63,775 bases of DNA, filler included, from Collodictyon triciliatum (GCA_043381765.1; 9 parts of 9 records of this genome joined end to end with filler, not necessarily neighbours in it), one strand, 5' to 3'. Shown: positions 45,496 to 59,844, counted from the first letter of the whole stretch. Translations and numbers: made by a program. The notes: generated from the sequence alone by a model not told the origin.

Positions 45496-47955
45496 TTTTT
45501 TTTTTTTTTTTTTTTTTTTTTTGGTTATTCATGATACTGATAAAAAAAAAATGTCTCGCGTTAGAATCGAGCAAACAAGAAAAGAAAACCGAGGAACCGA
45601 AGCTTGTTATTAAGAAGGAAGGGCTTTCACTCGATGCTTTCGATACTGGGAACATCGACGAAGACTTTTTCTCCAGCGGTCAGTCATGTCATCATAAACA
45701 ACATTCCTTTCTAGTCTTGCCAGTTTTTGTGTATTTGAATCATCTTAAAAAAATACTTCTTTTGTCCTCCTGCATACATCGAAAATTAATCATATTATCC
45801 TTCATCCCCCGTCGAAATTTTAGATGAGAGTGTCGAAGAAGAAGGTACTTACATATTCTTTGCTTGATATTTTCGTGTGACCTTTCCACAGTCAAACATG
45901 AAATTTTAATACATCTACAATACGCACAGATGGAAACGATGACGAGGAAACAGATGATGAGAAAGTAGCCGATGCAGTTGATGTCGACCTTGATGATGAG
46001 GATTTGAAGCAAATCGCCCCACGCAGGATTTCTTCCATCGGCTCACGACACGGCCTAACTGCTTTGACCATCTCACAAGAGACCCAGCCCACTATCGAAT
46101 CACCCGAATCAAAGAGTCCAAAAGAATCTGAAAGCAATTCGAAATCTGCTGTATCGCCATATACTGATTCGGCTTCAAAGGGGACTCATCAAGAAACTAA
46201 TATCGCCTCGGCAGATGATTTCCAACCTGAAGGAGAATTGCAATTTTCTGATGATGAGCCTGAAAATGAACAGCAAAAACAGCAGCAAGAGCAGGCACAT
46301 GACGATGCAAGGGAGACACAATCATCGTCTAATGGCAAAGCGACTTACAAAGGCAGAGAAGCAGAGGACCAGGATGAGTCAGTCATCGAGATTGTATCAA
46401 GATATGAGGATGTGGAGGTGGAAGAGAATATCATCAAGCACACAAACGGTAATATTGACAACCACGTCTCTTCCAAAGACGAGAATATAGCCTTTCTTGG
46501 TCGAAAGCAGGAATCATCTACGACTCAAGTTGCTTCTATTGACGATTTTCAACCAGAGGGAGAACTAAGATTTTCTGATGAGGAGGAAGATGGCTCAGGT
46601 ATTGTCCAATCAAAATACAAAGACGACTTCCATTCAGAGAATAACTTGTGCTGGATTTAACTATTTTTTTTTATTGTGCATCATGCTGCCGAAAATGAAG
46701 AAAATGATGTAATGAATGAAAATACCGCTACTGCAGAAGGTAATGTTCTATTTTCAAACCAATACTTATCAGTTGAAGGTGTGCCTATTTTGATGAGATA
46801 TATACCATCTTTCCTAAAATACAAGTAGTCATTAGTATGGGTTGTTTGGTAATTTAAACTAAGATGCAGGAGCAGGCGAAGTGGTCGCTGAAGCACTCCA
46901 CGAAATGCCAGCCCAAGAATCACCAAAGATGAGTGGGGTGAGTGTGACAATTCAACTCATGCAAATTCTGTCATCTTTGACACTCATTCATATCCTCATC
47001 ATGTGATTCTAATTCTAAAGCACATGCGGTCTTCATGCGATTTATTGCCTAGACTAAGATGAACACGGCCAATCCGAATGAACTGGAGGCATCCTCACCT
47101 GAAGTCAGTGGCGCAGATGGCCAGCATCAAAGTAGTGAGGATGAAGAAGGAGAAAAAAATACTCATGAACTATCTGACAGTGCAAGACCGCATCTTTTCT
47201 CACCAGAAGAGACGAACAGAGAAAAAAAAGTGATACCAAGCCTACTCTCTGAAGTTGGTCAGAATGCCGAGCACAATAAGGGCACTGAGAAGCCCATCGA
47301 GCAAAAGAAAGAGAAGCCGAAGGTTGGTGACGAAGAGGAAGGGAAGGAAAAGAAGAAAAAGAAATCCAAAGAATCTAAAGAAGCCAAAGCAGGGGATGAG
47401 GAAGGGGCCGAGAAAGAAAAGAAAAAGAAAAAGAAAGAAAAAGAGACTAAAGAAGGGAAGGCAGAAGATGGCGAAGAAAAGAAAAAGAAAAAGAAGGAAA
47501 AAGAAAGCAAACCGTCTATGTCAGAATATGAAGACTTTACTGAACTTGCGGACGAGGAAACTACAGAACCAAGAAAGTCTAAAGTTGAAAAGGCCCACAA
47601 GAATGGCTCTGAAGACAAAGAAAAGAAGGAAAAGAAAAAGAAATCCAAGGAGAGCGCCACCGAAGCACAAGCATTATTCACAACAGCAAAGACAGACTCA
47701 TCGGAAATTGCGATTATTGCTGCAAAGGAGAAGAAAAAGAAGCCAAAGCAAGAATCAGAATATGACAACCTTTCTGAGGAAACAGAAAAGAAAAAGAAAA
47801 CAAAAAAGAAGGACAAAGACGCAGCTGACGAAGTATCCACGAAGAAATCAAAGTCAAAGAAGAAAGTTGGTGAAAAGTCACAAGACCAGACCCGAGGTGA
47901 TGCCAATCCCGAGGATGATGACGAACTTTCCAGCTTTTACGCGGACGTCAAGTGA
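45496..47955 (+). CDS. 3' part of a gene for an acidic / Lys-rich low-complexity protein (weak resemblance to the RABL6 tail)
   Basis: Spliceable exons near 45550-45678, 45930-46600, 46860-46937 and 47053-47955. DDFQPEGELxFSDxE occurs twice; multiple poly-Lys tracts. Confidence 0.55.
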
Positions 47956-48481
47956 AATGTCAAGACTCATCAGAGTTCACTTAACCACTCTCGCTTCGGG
48001 CGTGATGGTTATCTCAAATACTTTTCATCAAGAATGCGAATAAAAGAGAATAACCAACCTTCCAGAAAGCCTGATGGAAAAATCAAAACGTTATGTATAC
48101 TTACGTTTGTGCATGTTTTCGTTTAGATTTTCTAAAGAAAAATAACCATATAGAGTGTCTTAGTACCCAGGATTACAAGCATTACAACACGGGTAGTGTG
48201 AAAATAGTAAATAATAATAATTGGATTTTCTTTATTGCATGTAAGAGGGAAGCGCTCATGGTATTCAATTATTCTTTGTACATATAGAGTAATATAATAT
48301 CAACTCAATACTTTAAGACTCTTTCGTGACGAAAGTAGTACATCTTTTGTCTGTTTGTTTATTTTTATCTATTTGCGATGAAAATCGACCCATAAAGATA
48401 GGATAGAGTGAGTGCAGCCTGATTCTTAGGTGCGAGGAAAAGGAAAAAGAGGGGAGTATGAAGACAAAGCGCTCAAAAGGT

Positions 48482-50682
48482 CTATATCAGGACGCTTAGT
48501 CCCACAAGCATGCAGTCGATTCCAACAACCAAGACTACAGACATCACGAGGCACAGAAGCCAACCAATAAAAATGACTTTCAACGTATTCCACTTGACCC
48601 GCTCCGTAGTGGTGTTGCCCAGCCCGATTCCAGCTATGGAGCCGACAATCACTTGGGTGGTGCTGATTGGAATCTGAATCAGGTTGTTTATGAGAAGTGC
48701 TATGGCAGCCGAGAGCAAGACTACAAATCCTCCAGAAGGTGTTAACTTAGTGATTGACTCGGCCATCGTGTGCGTCACTCTGGAGGAGAAAAGGATAATC
48801 CCCAGTGCAATAAAAGCTCCGTAAACGAAGATAATCCACATGTCCACATCACCCAACTCATCCTCGCGCGCTTCTCCACTTGATGCGACTTGCAGTAAAA
48901 TAGATAGCGGAGCCGCTGTGTTGGCAACATCATTGGCTCCGTGCGATAGACTGAAAAATGCCGCGCTGATTAGCTGTAAAATGCAGAATATCCTTTCGGC
49001 ACCGAGTCTATCGGCCTATGTAACGCACATTGAAACCTTCGAGGTGAGTTTGGCTTATAAAAGAGACAAGATTTAGCTGGACTAATTGTAAAATGTGCGA
49101 TAAAATAGAACCTTGCGAATCAAATCATCTGATGAGCCATACTTCAGAACATGCGTTGATACAATCAATGATGATTTCTCTATTAGGGGACTAATCCGGA
49201 ATGAAAGCTGTACAAGCCACTCGTGTAGAACAAAGTGTGTCATAACCATGGCCTTAGTGATGATAAAATATTTTTATTTTGAATGAAAATTATTCGTATA
49301 GTCTACAAATGATTGGATTTTAAAAAAGTGCAAGAGATTGATTCACAATTTTGGTCAGGTATATTAATAATGACATTAAGATAAAAATGAGGAAAAGTGT
49401 AAATATTATGTTCATTAAAAAACAACAGCTGTTTGAGAGGTTCGTTTTCTTTAATTTACTTACAATCAGCATTAAACCAAGAGATATAAAAACAAGAAGT
49501 AAGGAAGTAAATTGGTTATCTGCCCCGAACATAGCTAGACCAACATACATCGGAAAGATAAAGAAAGCTATTCCAAACATGATTGGCATGAATTTCCGAG
49601 CTCTCCTTTCGGATACACCTGGTGATATGACGATTATACATTTAATCTGTATGAGCTACATATTCGGAACTAAAGTCAAAGGAGCTGATGCGTAGCAAAA
49701 ATCGCTCAATAGGCGATGAATACAATTAATCATACATCAACACTAGTATGGTGAGAGACTGCTATAGGCACGTAATTATAAAAGTGTATTTTGTATGCAT
49801 GCAATTCAAATTACACAATCTGGACAAGATAAATTACCTGGCTGAAGAATGTATTTAGCCAACATATTTGAGAGAAGATAAGATAGCAAGCCTCCAACCA
49901 AAGGAGAGATTAGCCAAGATAGAACAATGTTTTGCATTTTTGAGCTGATTCCGCCTCCTTGCCCCTATGACGTAAACCACCGAACACAGATGAGTTCTTG
50001 CAAAAAAAATTCTTTGAAATGAAATAAATAGAAATATCTGACAACGTGAACATAATTTGCTTTATTCATACAAACCTCATTAATAAGTGCCATGATCATC
50101 AATGAAGTTCCAGTCACTTGCGTTGTAGAGATAGGTAACTTCCAGTAGCTGAATAGAAATATAATAAAAGAAGAACCAATCATGGTGGACAGAATCCCTA
50201 AAAATAGCAACTTTTCTTCTCCCTGTAAACAATTTAATTAGTGAGAATCTACAAAATATTCTCATTTTGATTGAATTGAAGACATAATAGCTGGAAAGAA
50301 AGATAGAATGACCGAGTTTCGAAACATACGAGCAATTTTGATGAGATATTGACATTTACAATAATTATGATTAATAAATGACAATGATGATAATAGTAAT
50401 GGTAATAGTGATAGTGATAATGTAATAATGTGGCGAAGAATGTGAAACCTCAAAAGCGTCAATATCAACATAAGTAGTTTTTGATGATTTCGTTATTTCG
50501 CGCCCTATTGAGAAAGCGCCAACCAGCTCGAAAAAAACCATGTACCGTGTTGCCGTCTTCATCGACAAAGACCCGCCGCCAACCGTGACTCCGAGGACAT
50601 TAGCTCCATCATTGGCCCCGATAGACATCGCATGAAGCGCCCCAACAATGCATGTGGCTATGGTTAACCCTTCAAAGTACAT
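48482..50682 (-). CDS. PiT/PHO4-family (SLC20-like) inorganic phosphate transporter, multi-exon
   Basis: Both signature repeats present (IGANDGAN and HGANDVAN), two LPISTTQ/IPISTTQ motifs, KLTPSGGF, many hydrophobic helices. Confidence 0.93.
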
Positions 50683-50879
50683 TTTCTGCTGAATACGCTT
50701 GCTCTATTTTGCGAGAACTGCTTCGGCACTAAGGTATTGTGGCCAAAAAAAAAACTTTGAGTTCGAAAGCGAACACAAGAAAAGCACAGTATAATTCATG
50801 TGTTTGAATAAAAAAAAATAATTAAAATTTCACAGCTTCGGGAATGAGCGACGAAAAGCAACATGAGCATCATGTTGTT

Positions 50880-50966
50880 AATAGTAATAGTAATAGTAAT
50901 AGTAATAGTAATAGTAATAGTAATAGTAATAGTAATAGTAATAGTAATAGTAATAGTAATAGTAAT
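50880..50966 (+). repeat. (AATAGT)n hexamer microsatellite
   Basis: Read directly. Confidence 0.9.
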
Positions 50967-51567
50967 CATAGTCATATTAGAATGTCTTTGTTTCCATCAA
51001 TAGTGTTTTCTGTCTGGATTTCGCTTACAATAAAAAAACACAAAAAATTATGATGTACGACGCTTAGTACTAATAAATGTTACAAAATATCAACGACAAA
51101 GACAACTTCAAAATGCAGAATACGGAAGAATACGAAAGAGTCATTCTTGATATTCCTCCGACTTTATTGATACCATTCCGCCTTGTGTGATATTTTCTTC
51201 TTCGCTGGTTGTGGTTCCTGATACTCTGCGGTGCTTCTCGACGCTGCCAAACAGGAATGAAAGCTGCAGACTCTTACAACGCCTTCATGCACAGCTCGTT
51301 CCCAAGAAATACCTCGCCCCTTCCCAATGCCCTTGAAACACCAGTTTGTTCCCTATCGTATCTTAAAATAGAAAAGATCTATCTCCTTTTAAGATTATAA
51401 TTTTTGGAAAATATGATATTACTTGATTCTTAAGCCTTGTTTTCAGAAATGTTACACATTTTCTCGAATAGTTGTTCACAATAATCCATTATAACTTAAT
51501 CGATAGCAATAAAGCTATTCATCGCATTATATTTGCGTGAGATGGCCATCTTTTACACATTGTATGT

Positions 51568-51938
51568 GTGGCGTCGAAAGCTTTGCAAGTTGCAGCCAGA
51601 TCATTATGTTCCAACGCTGGCGCAAGAAAACCCCGAGTTGCACGAAAGTCTAGGAAGACCCGTGCAAGGAAGCCGCCTGCAAGTTTCTCTGAGCGGACAG
51701 TATTTTTGCACGGGGTCGAGCAAGTCGTTTACAACAAGAACAAGGCCCACAGACTCACAGATGCGCTCGCCTCCTTCTTGAAAGCGAACAAACTTTGAGA
51801 AGAGTCCATCCAATTGCGCTTACCGGACAGCGAAGGCCTTTGCCTGATCGCCTTCCGCACTGCGGAAAACGCCCGAAAGCTTCTGGAACTGAGGCAGGTA
51901 AGTTTGATCGATACTACGATCAGCTTCAGCAGAAGTAA
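51568..51938 (+). pseudogene. Intronless RRM-like ORF remnant with an in-frame stop, possibly a non-LTR retroelement ORF1
   Basis: Basic N-terminus, then RTVFLHGV...LASFLKANKL*EESIQLRLPDSEGLCLIAFRTAENARKLLE; cut by the contig end. Confidence 0.3.
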
Positions 51939-52038
51939 NNNNNNNNNNNNNNNNNNNNNNNNNNNNNNNNNNNNNNNNNNNNTTAATTAATTAANNNNNN
52001 NNNNNNNNNNNNNNNNNNNNNNNNNNNNNNNNNNNNNN

Positions 52039-52134
52039 AACAAACAAACAAACAAACAAACAAACAAACAAACAAACAAACAAACAAACAAACAAACAAA
52101 CAAACAAACAAACAAACAAACAAACAAACAAACA
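52039..52134 (+). repeat. (AAAC)n microsatellite at contig start
   Basis: Read directly. Confidence 0.92.
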
Positions 52135-52441
52135 GCTAAAAAGCAAGATAGAGTGAGCATTGTAAACGGGCTGCGGCGTTGGGTGATGAGCGCCAGCTTC
52201 GGCCGCGCAAGATCCTGTCGGGTGGGAAAAGTGATTTAAACGAAAAAGGGAAACCCAAAGGAAGAGGGGACGCTAACCCATAGCTGCTGTAGCGTCATAT
52301 TCTTTTCTGGATGGACTGCGCTGAGGGTGGAAGGGTCAGGTGGGGTTCTTGCGCTATTTATCCTCCATCTCTTGCGGTTTATTCAAACTCAACCTTTTTT
52401 TTTATTTATTTTTTTTATTCGCGACAGACTTGTATTCAAAC

Positions 52442-55400
52442 TCATCCGTCGTGGTGGTAAGTGTGCCTGTGTTTTGTTGTTTTGTCGGGGCAATTCGGGC
52501 CTAGTCGACATGGAATCATTACTGATGGAAGTTGGATGTGAGCAAAGGCTCTTCTGTGGGCTCGGTCGGTTAGTAAGCTGCAATTCCCTCCCTTCGGGCA
52601 AGGTGGTTGGTCATCGTGATAGAAATCAGCGTGATGCGGATACGCACCAGCATCTTTGCAAAGGATGCCAAAGCGGCAAGGATGGCTGTACTCCTTCGTG
52701 TGGGGGTGGTCCTTGGTGAATTGATAATGGCACGCCTGTAAGTGTGGACAGATTGGTTTGAACTTGTGTCTGAAAGACTCTCTGTGGCTAAGTGTTCCAT
52801 AATCTTTGCAGTGGTATCCATGAATACACTCCGGTGGCTCTTCATGCGCAACGTCGAGGCTTCTAGACCTAGAACCCGAGTGATTGCGGACGTCAGATTC
52901 AGACCGTGTCCCTGATTGTGAAAAAGGAGATAAACCAGGGGTTTTCGAAAAAGGGGTTGGCTTTTCGAGACGTGAATAATGCTCCTCGATCAATTGGTAG
53001 GGAATTTGACCCACAACACGACAGTCGGCAGAGGGTCCCAATGCCAAGCAAGAAACTGTCATTCCAGGTGATATGAGGACAAGTGAAACCCGGATTGAAG
53101 AAGCCACCCATCTCGAGGTAAAACTGAACTCCCTCTTGTTGAAAATATAGCTTGTGCGCCCGAAAGATAGACCGAGTGTATCGCCTTCGATTGTGAAGAC
53201 GTAATTTATAGTGGACGAAGCATCCAGAAACATCCCAAAGTCCTCTTTGACAAACAAAATATCCTTAGACTGGATTGGGGCTGAAAATGTATCTGGAACA
53301 TAACCCAAAAGAGTCAAACTGATAGACCGTGACACATCCACCACTAAGGTCATTCCAAACCCTCCATGCTCATGACTCTCTCCTCCTTCCAATAAAAGAG
53401 CAAAATTTCCACCATGTAGTCCAAACTCTATGAAGAAATTCTGGTGGCAACCATCTCGAATAAAGTTAATTCGTTCTTCAACTTCCGAACTCCTGAAGGA
53501 TAAGCCGCTCTGAAGGAATGGAGGACAGATTAAGTCTCTTCCTGGGGAGCCAGAAAGTTGTTGGCGTCTAGGTTCCTTGCCGTCTATTGTGACACGAATA
53601 CCATGAAAAGCGCTTGCAATTAAGACAGCCTTCATTGCATTCAACCCATAAGAAAAATCCTAGCCGAATAGGAAGAGAGAATGATTAATAAGGGGAAAAA
53701 GTGGGAAATAAGAGGGAAAAATATTCATGGGTTATAAAAATATAAAAATAAAATAAAACTAAAAATATAATAATACCAATACTAAAAATAGCAATAATAA
53801 ACATAAACATAAACATGTTGCAAGAAAAAGAATCTATTAATTGACATGTTGAATTTTATAACTTTGAATGCACGCAAGACAGTACGCGGTCACTTATAAT
53901 ACCTGCTGTAAAATAACTTCATCGACATACCCCGGCGGCAAGCATGAGTTTAGAGAACATCTTATCCTCTTCCTATCATTCGTTGCCATAATTAGTCCAA
54001 CTATTTGCTCCTTTGTGAGTCTCTCTGAACTCTCTGTGGAGATAATATTTTCGTAATGATGGACCATGTGACTGGTCAAATCTCTGCATATTGAACTGAG
54101 CATAATGTAATGTCCTTGCATCTCGATAGGTTTAGTTTCTTGTCCTGGAATAAGCATGACAGTTTTTGGGTGCATCAGATACTCTTTTTTGAAAATTATT
54201 GTGACATTTTTTTTACCCTAAAATAGTCCCAATGAGTAATCAATCATAACACATAAATAACAATATTCCAATAAATTTAACTATTTTTCTTTTAAAAATG
54301 TATCATGCAAAAAAAAAGTAAAATATACAATGGGTCCATGTAATTCGCATGTCAGTGATTTGAAATCAAAATCTCTTTTTTTCGTTTGAATACGGACTAA
54401 TAAATCAATGTAGAAAATTGCTAATTCTTTTAGTAATGTCACCACGTTAATGGGTAACTTCATCTCATTCAAATATTCGGATAGCTTTTGAAAGCCATCC
54501 TCATTTGGGTGATTTAGATGTACATTTGCTGCCTGAGAATAATATGATATTCTTGATAATAACGATTGATGAATGAATCCCTTAATAAGACTCCATACTT
54601 CACAGGGATTTCGTGGAAAATATCTACCAATTAAATGTGACAGGAAAGCAAATCCCTCTACAAGATCAAGGTCGGCCACATTGGTTGCCTCATCAAAGTC
54701 TTTAAAGATAGAGAATGATTGAAATACTAGAAATATGTCCAGCAAGTTCGAATCAAGGTGCAAAACAGGCCTTGAGCTCTCGATTATTTCCAACAAGATG
54801 TCATACGTCTCTGAGGTTTGTGGGCTTGGGTGATGTGTTTTTTGAAGACTGTGTTCTACAAGTGTATCATAGTTGAAAGTTGCCTCTTTGAAGCATGAAT
54901 GTGGGATTCGCGGGGTATAATGTGCAAACTCTGACAAATGAGCAAATGATAAATCGACACAGCTCATTTCTTGGGGGCATTTTTTTCCAAAATTTCCCAG
55001 TCGATGATCAAATTGATTTCCGTGATGGATATTATAAAGCAGCTGTTTGCATTTGTATGAAGCGTCACACTTTGGTAGGTATATATGAATGTACCTAGAA
55101 ACATGAGCTGGATTGTCCAAACTATCACAGAGTTCCCCTTTTTCACAAAGGTGGCTTAAATTCGAAGAATGTGTAGGAGAGTTAATTTCCTTGCATTTAA
55201 GCAAGTTGGGACATACCGGGGCGAATGGGTGTGTATGTGTCTGCATGTGCAAAGGGTTTGAAAAAAAAGTGCAAAAAACACCATAAGGACACTTCTGTTT
55301 GCAGTGACGAAATTGAGATTCATGCTTTGCTGATGACTTTTTGTCACATAGGGTGCCATATGCACACCTTTTCCGGTGCCAAAAAAGCATGGCATGATTC

Positions 55401-58400
55401 ATATCCTCCATGCTGCAGTCAGCTTCATTGGGGCATGTAATTGGATGCAAAAAATATTTATCGTGTACCTCTTCCACTATCCTATCCAAGCACAGCCCTC
55501 CTTTAGGACATGCAATTCGGTGCTCGAATAACGTGGTGTGCATAACGCTATCTAATAAAGGACAGTTAGATTTTTCTGGACATTCTGGAATGATCCAATC
55601 TCGATCGTAGAAATCAAAAATTCCTTTTTGAAGCCGGTCTCGCTTTGCGTTTTTGTTCTCATAGAATGCGGTGAATGGCACTGTTTTAAGGGATCCATAT
55701 GTCGAGTCAATTTTCTGTAGTAAAGCTTCGTATTCTGAGTGAGAGCTCGAATTTTCAAGAAATATGTGTATTTCATCAAAGTGGTTGTAATATGACCGAA
55801 GTGATTCCAAAAGAAACTCCGGGTTGTGAGGAACTTGTGTTGAGCGATCGTACGTTCCAGTTACAATCAGATGCGTGCAACCAGACTTTGCTAGTTCATG
55901 CATCATAAATTCAACCTTTTCACGAGAGAGGATCAAATCTAGGTTATCTGAGATATCTTTTTTGTCGATATTTGAGCACCTTAAGCGTGACATGAAGAGA
56001 AGAACATTTATTTGGTCTTTCAGGTACTGGTAGCCTTTGACAATATCATCTCGAAAGATGCAAATATCGATTTTATACGTACAGTTTCCCAGAGAGTCTT
56101 TGTTAACATTAGAAATCCTCTTATTCATATCTGTAGGATTTTTACACTCACGAAATACATGAGACAAGTTCGACATCCGAGTAAGCTCCTGTAAAAAGCC
56201 TTTTGATGCAAGAATTTCCGCTGCTGGAGGAAACCCTCCCAAATCGAGGATACCGATCCTCTTCTTCTGCCTTTCAAGATTTCGTATGACAGGAAAAGCC
56301 GACCAATTCTGGATTTGAATAGGACCGCGACGATGAGCTTCTTTAATATCTGGCCTTGACAAGATTTTGATACATTCCATACTTGCTGGGTTGACCTTTT
56401 GAATGTTTCCAAGCGAATTTATATACTCTTCTTTGTAAAGTGTGCTAAATGATCGAACGAAGGAGAAGTACTGAATTAATTGCCTAAAATTCCTTGGCAA
56501 ATGACTTTCAAGATCTTTATTATTGAGAATTTCGATAATGAGCTCATGGTCCCAAGGATAGGATTTCAGGTCAGGATTTTCTGAAAGGCCTAGTGAACGC
56601 TCCAGATCCAATAGCAAATCCATAAAATATTTTACTGTTTCTACTCGAATCCGTCGAGGATTCGAGAAGATCACACAGCCACTACTAAGGGTGGTCGGCT
56701 TTATAGTATTTATCTTTTGGACTTCATGGCTGGGCACCAGAATGTATATTTTGTCTTTGTCTCTTGATACATGGCCAAGCTGATATGAATCTAGGTTCAT
56801 TTGTGAAGCTATATGGCTGTCCAGAACATCTAATTTCTCCAAATACTCTACAGACTCAGTTTTTATACAAAGAACAGCTGGGTGGTTTGGGAGAACTTGA
56901 ATTGGAAATGAGTATATCTGGTTCAATCTGTTCAAAACTGTCATAATAGACTGCAAACATGTTGTGTAAACCTGCAAAAGAAAGGGGCACTCTTTTTCAA
57001 TTAGAGAGAACTCATCGCCGTCAATAATCGATGCGACATCATCAGTTGAATCGAATCTCGATGAATTTGTATAAAATGTCAACGAAAATATATCAGAAAA
57101 AAACATAGTTGCTTCTAATTCTGGCGATTTGCCGTACGAAGCCTCTGTGTGTGTTTCTCTAAACAAATTGATTGATGAAGGTCGGCAATAATAAGATGAA
57201 ATCGACGAAAACGCGGTATGATGATGGATTGGAGGAGAATATTGAAGAGGATGGCTCTGCAGCACTTTCCAATCAGTAGAAGACGTGACGAACGAAACTC
57301 TAATTGGATGAGCTGGGTAAACATAGCAGTTGTTGATCGGGCGGTTATGATATTCAGCTACAAATTTACAAGCCAAGATTTTGTCCTTGGTGCTCAGAGC
57401 AACGATGCAATTTTGATGTGGTATTGGGATAAGATCGAAAGAACTATAAGGCGGATTCAAGGAAAATTCCTTGAATGCCGTGGCATTCTCACCAACGAGG
57501 TAAATAGTTGTGGATAGTGTATTATGGCTCATATGAGGTAGGAATAAAACTTTGTAAGTTGCCAGTCTTGTCTTCAATATTTCTCCAGAGAATATTAATT
57601 TTACCAGGCCACGAGGTGCAGAAAACAGTACTCGAAAATACTTGTGATCTTGGTTATATATCACGAGATGATAGCCAAATCTTCGTTCCAGCTCCATCAA
57701 AACTTCTTGGCGATGAACTGGAGGGACATCCTCAACAGAACAGAAAATATAGCCATCATTTTGCAAATGAATGTCTACAGTGGTAGCAAATTCTGCGAGA
57801 ATAATATGTGGTATTGTTTAACTGATTTTTGCAAAAATTTGTCACTTAGTATATTCAAAAGAATTTAAAGTAGACGTTAGACAAAGAAGTGAACCTTTCT
57901 GTATTTCTCCTAAATTATTTCTTTTGTGAGAGACAGGCAAATTATTAAGTGGCAAAATTGTCACGATATTAAAATAACTACCTATGCTGTTGGCGACTGT
58001 TTGGCGAGCAGACACGGAATTAGCATAATTTTCTTGCAAGGGATCACCCTACGTAGATTAAGAAGACCGGAGTCATTCTTTCGAGCCATATTTTACGCTT
58101 TTTTTTTTTGGATTGATTTCGCTTGATTAAATTCTAATATGCAAAAAAAAAAAAAAAAGAGAACAAAAAGAAATTAGAAAAAGAGGCAAAATAATTCGGT
58201 CAGAGGATTTACATTTAACCCATTAATTCTACATTTAGCTATCTTCTTGATCCTTGGAGCCTGAGTATCATGAACGACTAATGTCCTGCTATTGGCAAGA
58301 TAAATAATGTTCGGGGGAACATCGAGCAAATTGCAGTGTTGCTCATCTGAATCCAGGGCCATAGTAAACATATCCAATATGTCGATGTGAGGAATACTAG

Positions 58401-59436
58401 TATCCTCATGTTTGAATAAGAACAGAGACGATGACGGTGAAAGCAATCCACAAATGGCATAGTCATACACCACGAACTATGTAGCATAAAGAAAAAAGAT
58501 ATGGCTCGTTAATCAAGTCGAAAAATAAGCTATTTGACTCGCAACGTTTTAATTGAAAACACTATCCTTAAGAAGACATGTATCCCTTCATTTTGTGCTT
58601 TGGCTAATGAGAATTTGAGAGGCTTTTTTTACTTTGCCTTTTGTATAAAAAATTGTAAAAAATAGAGACAGACGCACAGGTGCATGGTTGCTGTTCGGAT
58701 TGGTCAGGAATGAAGTCATCTGAAGGAACCCGTCTGTGGTTGTGGCGAAGAATTCTACTCCTGGATATACAGGTGGGCCGATAGGAACAAATGGAATATT
58801 GATTACATTTGAAATCAAAGTGACCATGCTCCCCCGTTCTTCAGTCCAGAAAGGAGATAAAACTCCGAAAATCACTGGGAAGATACGAGCTATGCGATCC
58901 ATTGGAATGACCTACGCGAAGAATAAGTAATTGAGATGTAATGAGCAAATGAACGGGGAATGTGAGAGTTGAAATAGAAGTACTTTGCATCATAAAAGCT
59001 ACGGAATATTATTTAGTTGTATCAAATCATCCTGCTAATGAAGGATAAGGACTCAGTAATTCGAAACATTAATGCCATGGCATTACGCTGGATAACAGGT
59101 GGGTAGTTGAAACATGTGACGCCGTATAGGGAGAAATATTACGTTTCTATCACAGGTTGAGAAGATGCTGTTCGTAGACGTCACGACGGAGAAAAGCCCT
59201 TTGATTGAGGGGCAAATCTGTGGGGCCGGTGATGTGCACACAATAGCTCTGTTTTCCTTTTCCATGCACCGCGCAAGGTGGGACTGGAACGTGGTTGCTA
59301 CTACCGGGGCATCACGGGAGTAGGCCGGGACGATCAGGAATCGATCAGGCATGTCAGGATCCATGCTAGGTTTTCTTCCCTTTTTCACTTTCTGCAGGTT
59401 GATTTTTTGCAACTTTTTCGGCGGGTCGCTATTCAA
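52442..59436 (-). CDS. Paralog of the 274-7112 gene: degenerate PARG-like macrodomain + 9 PBZ-type fingers + degenerate ART-like domain + beta-rich domain + 5 C-terminal PBZ-type fingers
   Basis: Core exons about 57792-54329, 54217-53903 and 53659-52442 join in frame through GT-AG introns. Upstream exons from 59436 can be joined in frame (tentative). VTIIFKKEYLMHP aligns with ITIIFKQELLYHP of the first gene. CCHH arrays at 54920-55582 and about 52450-52828. Confidence 0.82.
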
Positions 59437-59462
59437 AGGTGTTTTTTTGTTTTTTGTTTTTT

Positions 59463-59510
<48 letters not shown>

Positions 59511-59652
59511 NNNNNNNNNNNNNNNNNNNNNNNNNNNNNNNNNNNNNNNNNNNNTTAATTAATTAANNNNNNNNNNNNNNNNNNNNNNNNNNNNNNNNNN
59601 NNNNNNNNNNACGAAAACCAAAAACCAAAAACAAAAAAACAAAAAACAAAAA

Positions 59653-59736
<84 letters not shown>

Positions 59737-59844
59737 AAAAAACAAAAAAAACAAAAAAAACAAAAAAAACAAAAAAAACAAAAAATAAAACAAGAAATAA
59801 ACTGACATTCCGGCACAAACTTAGAAGGACACTAATCTTCAGAG

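Noticed and set aside
47255-48043. Arg/Lys-rich alternative-frame ORF and Phe/Ser-rich antisense ORF
   Set aside because: Shadows of the purine-rich Lys/Glu exon at 47059-47955.
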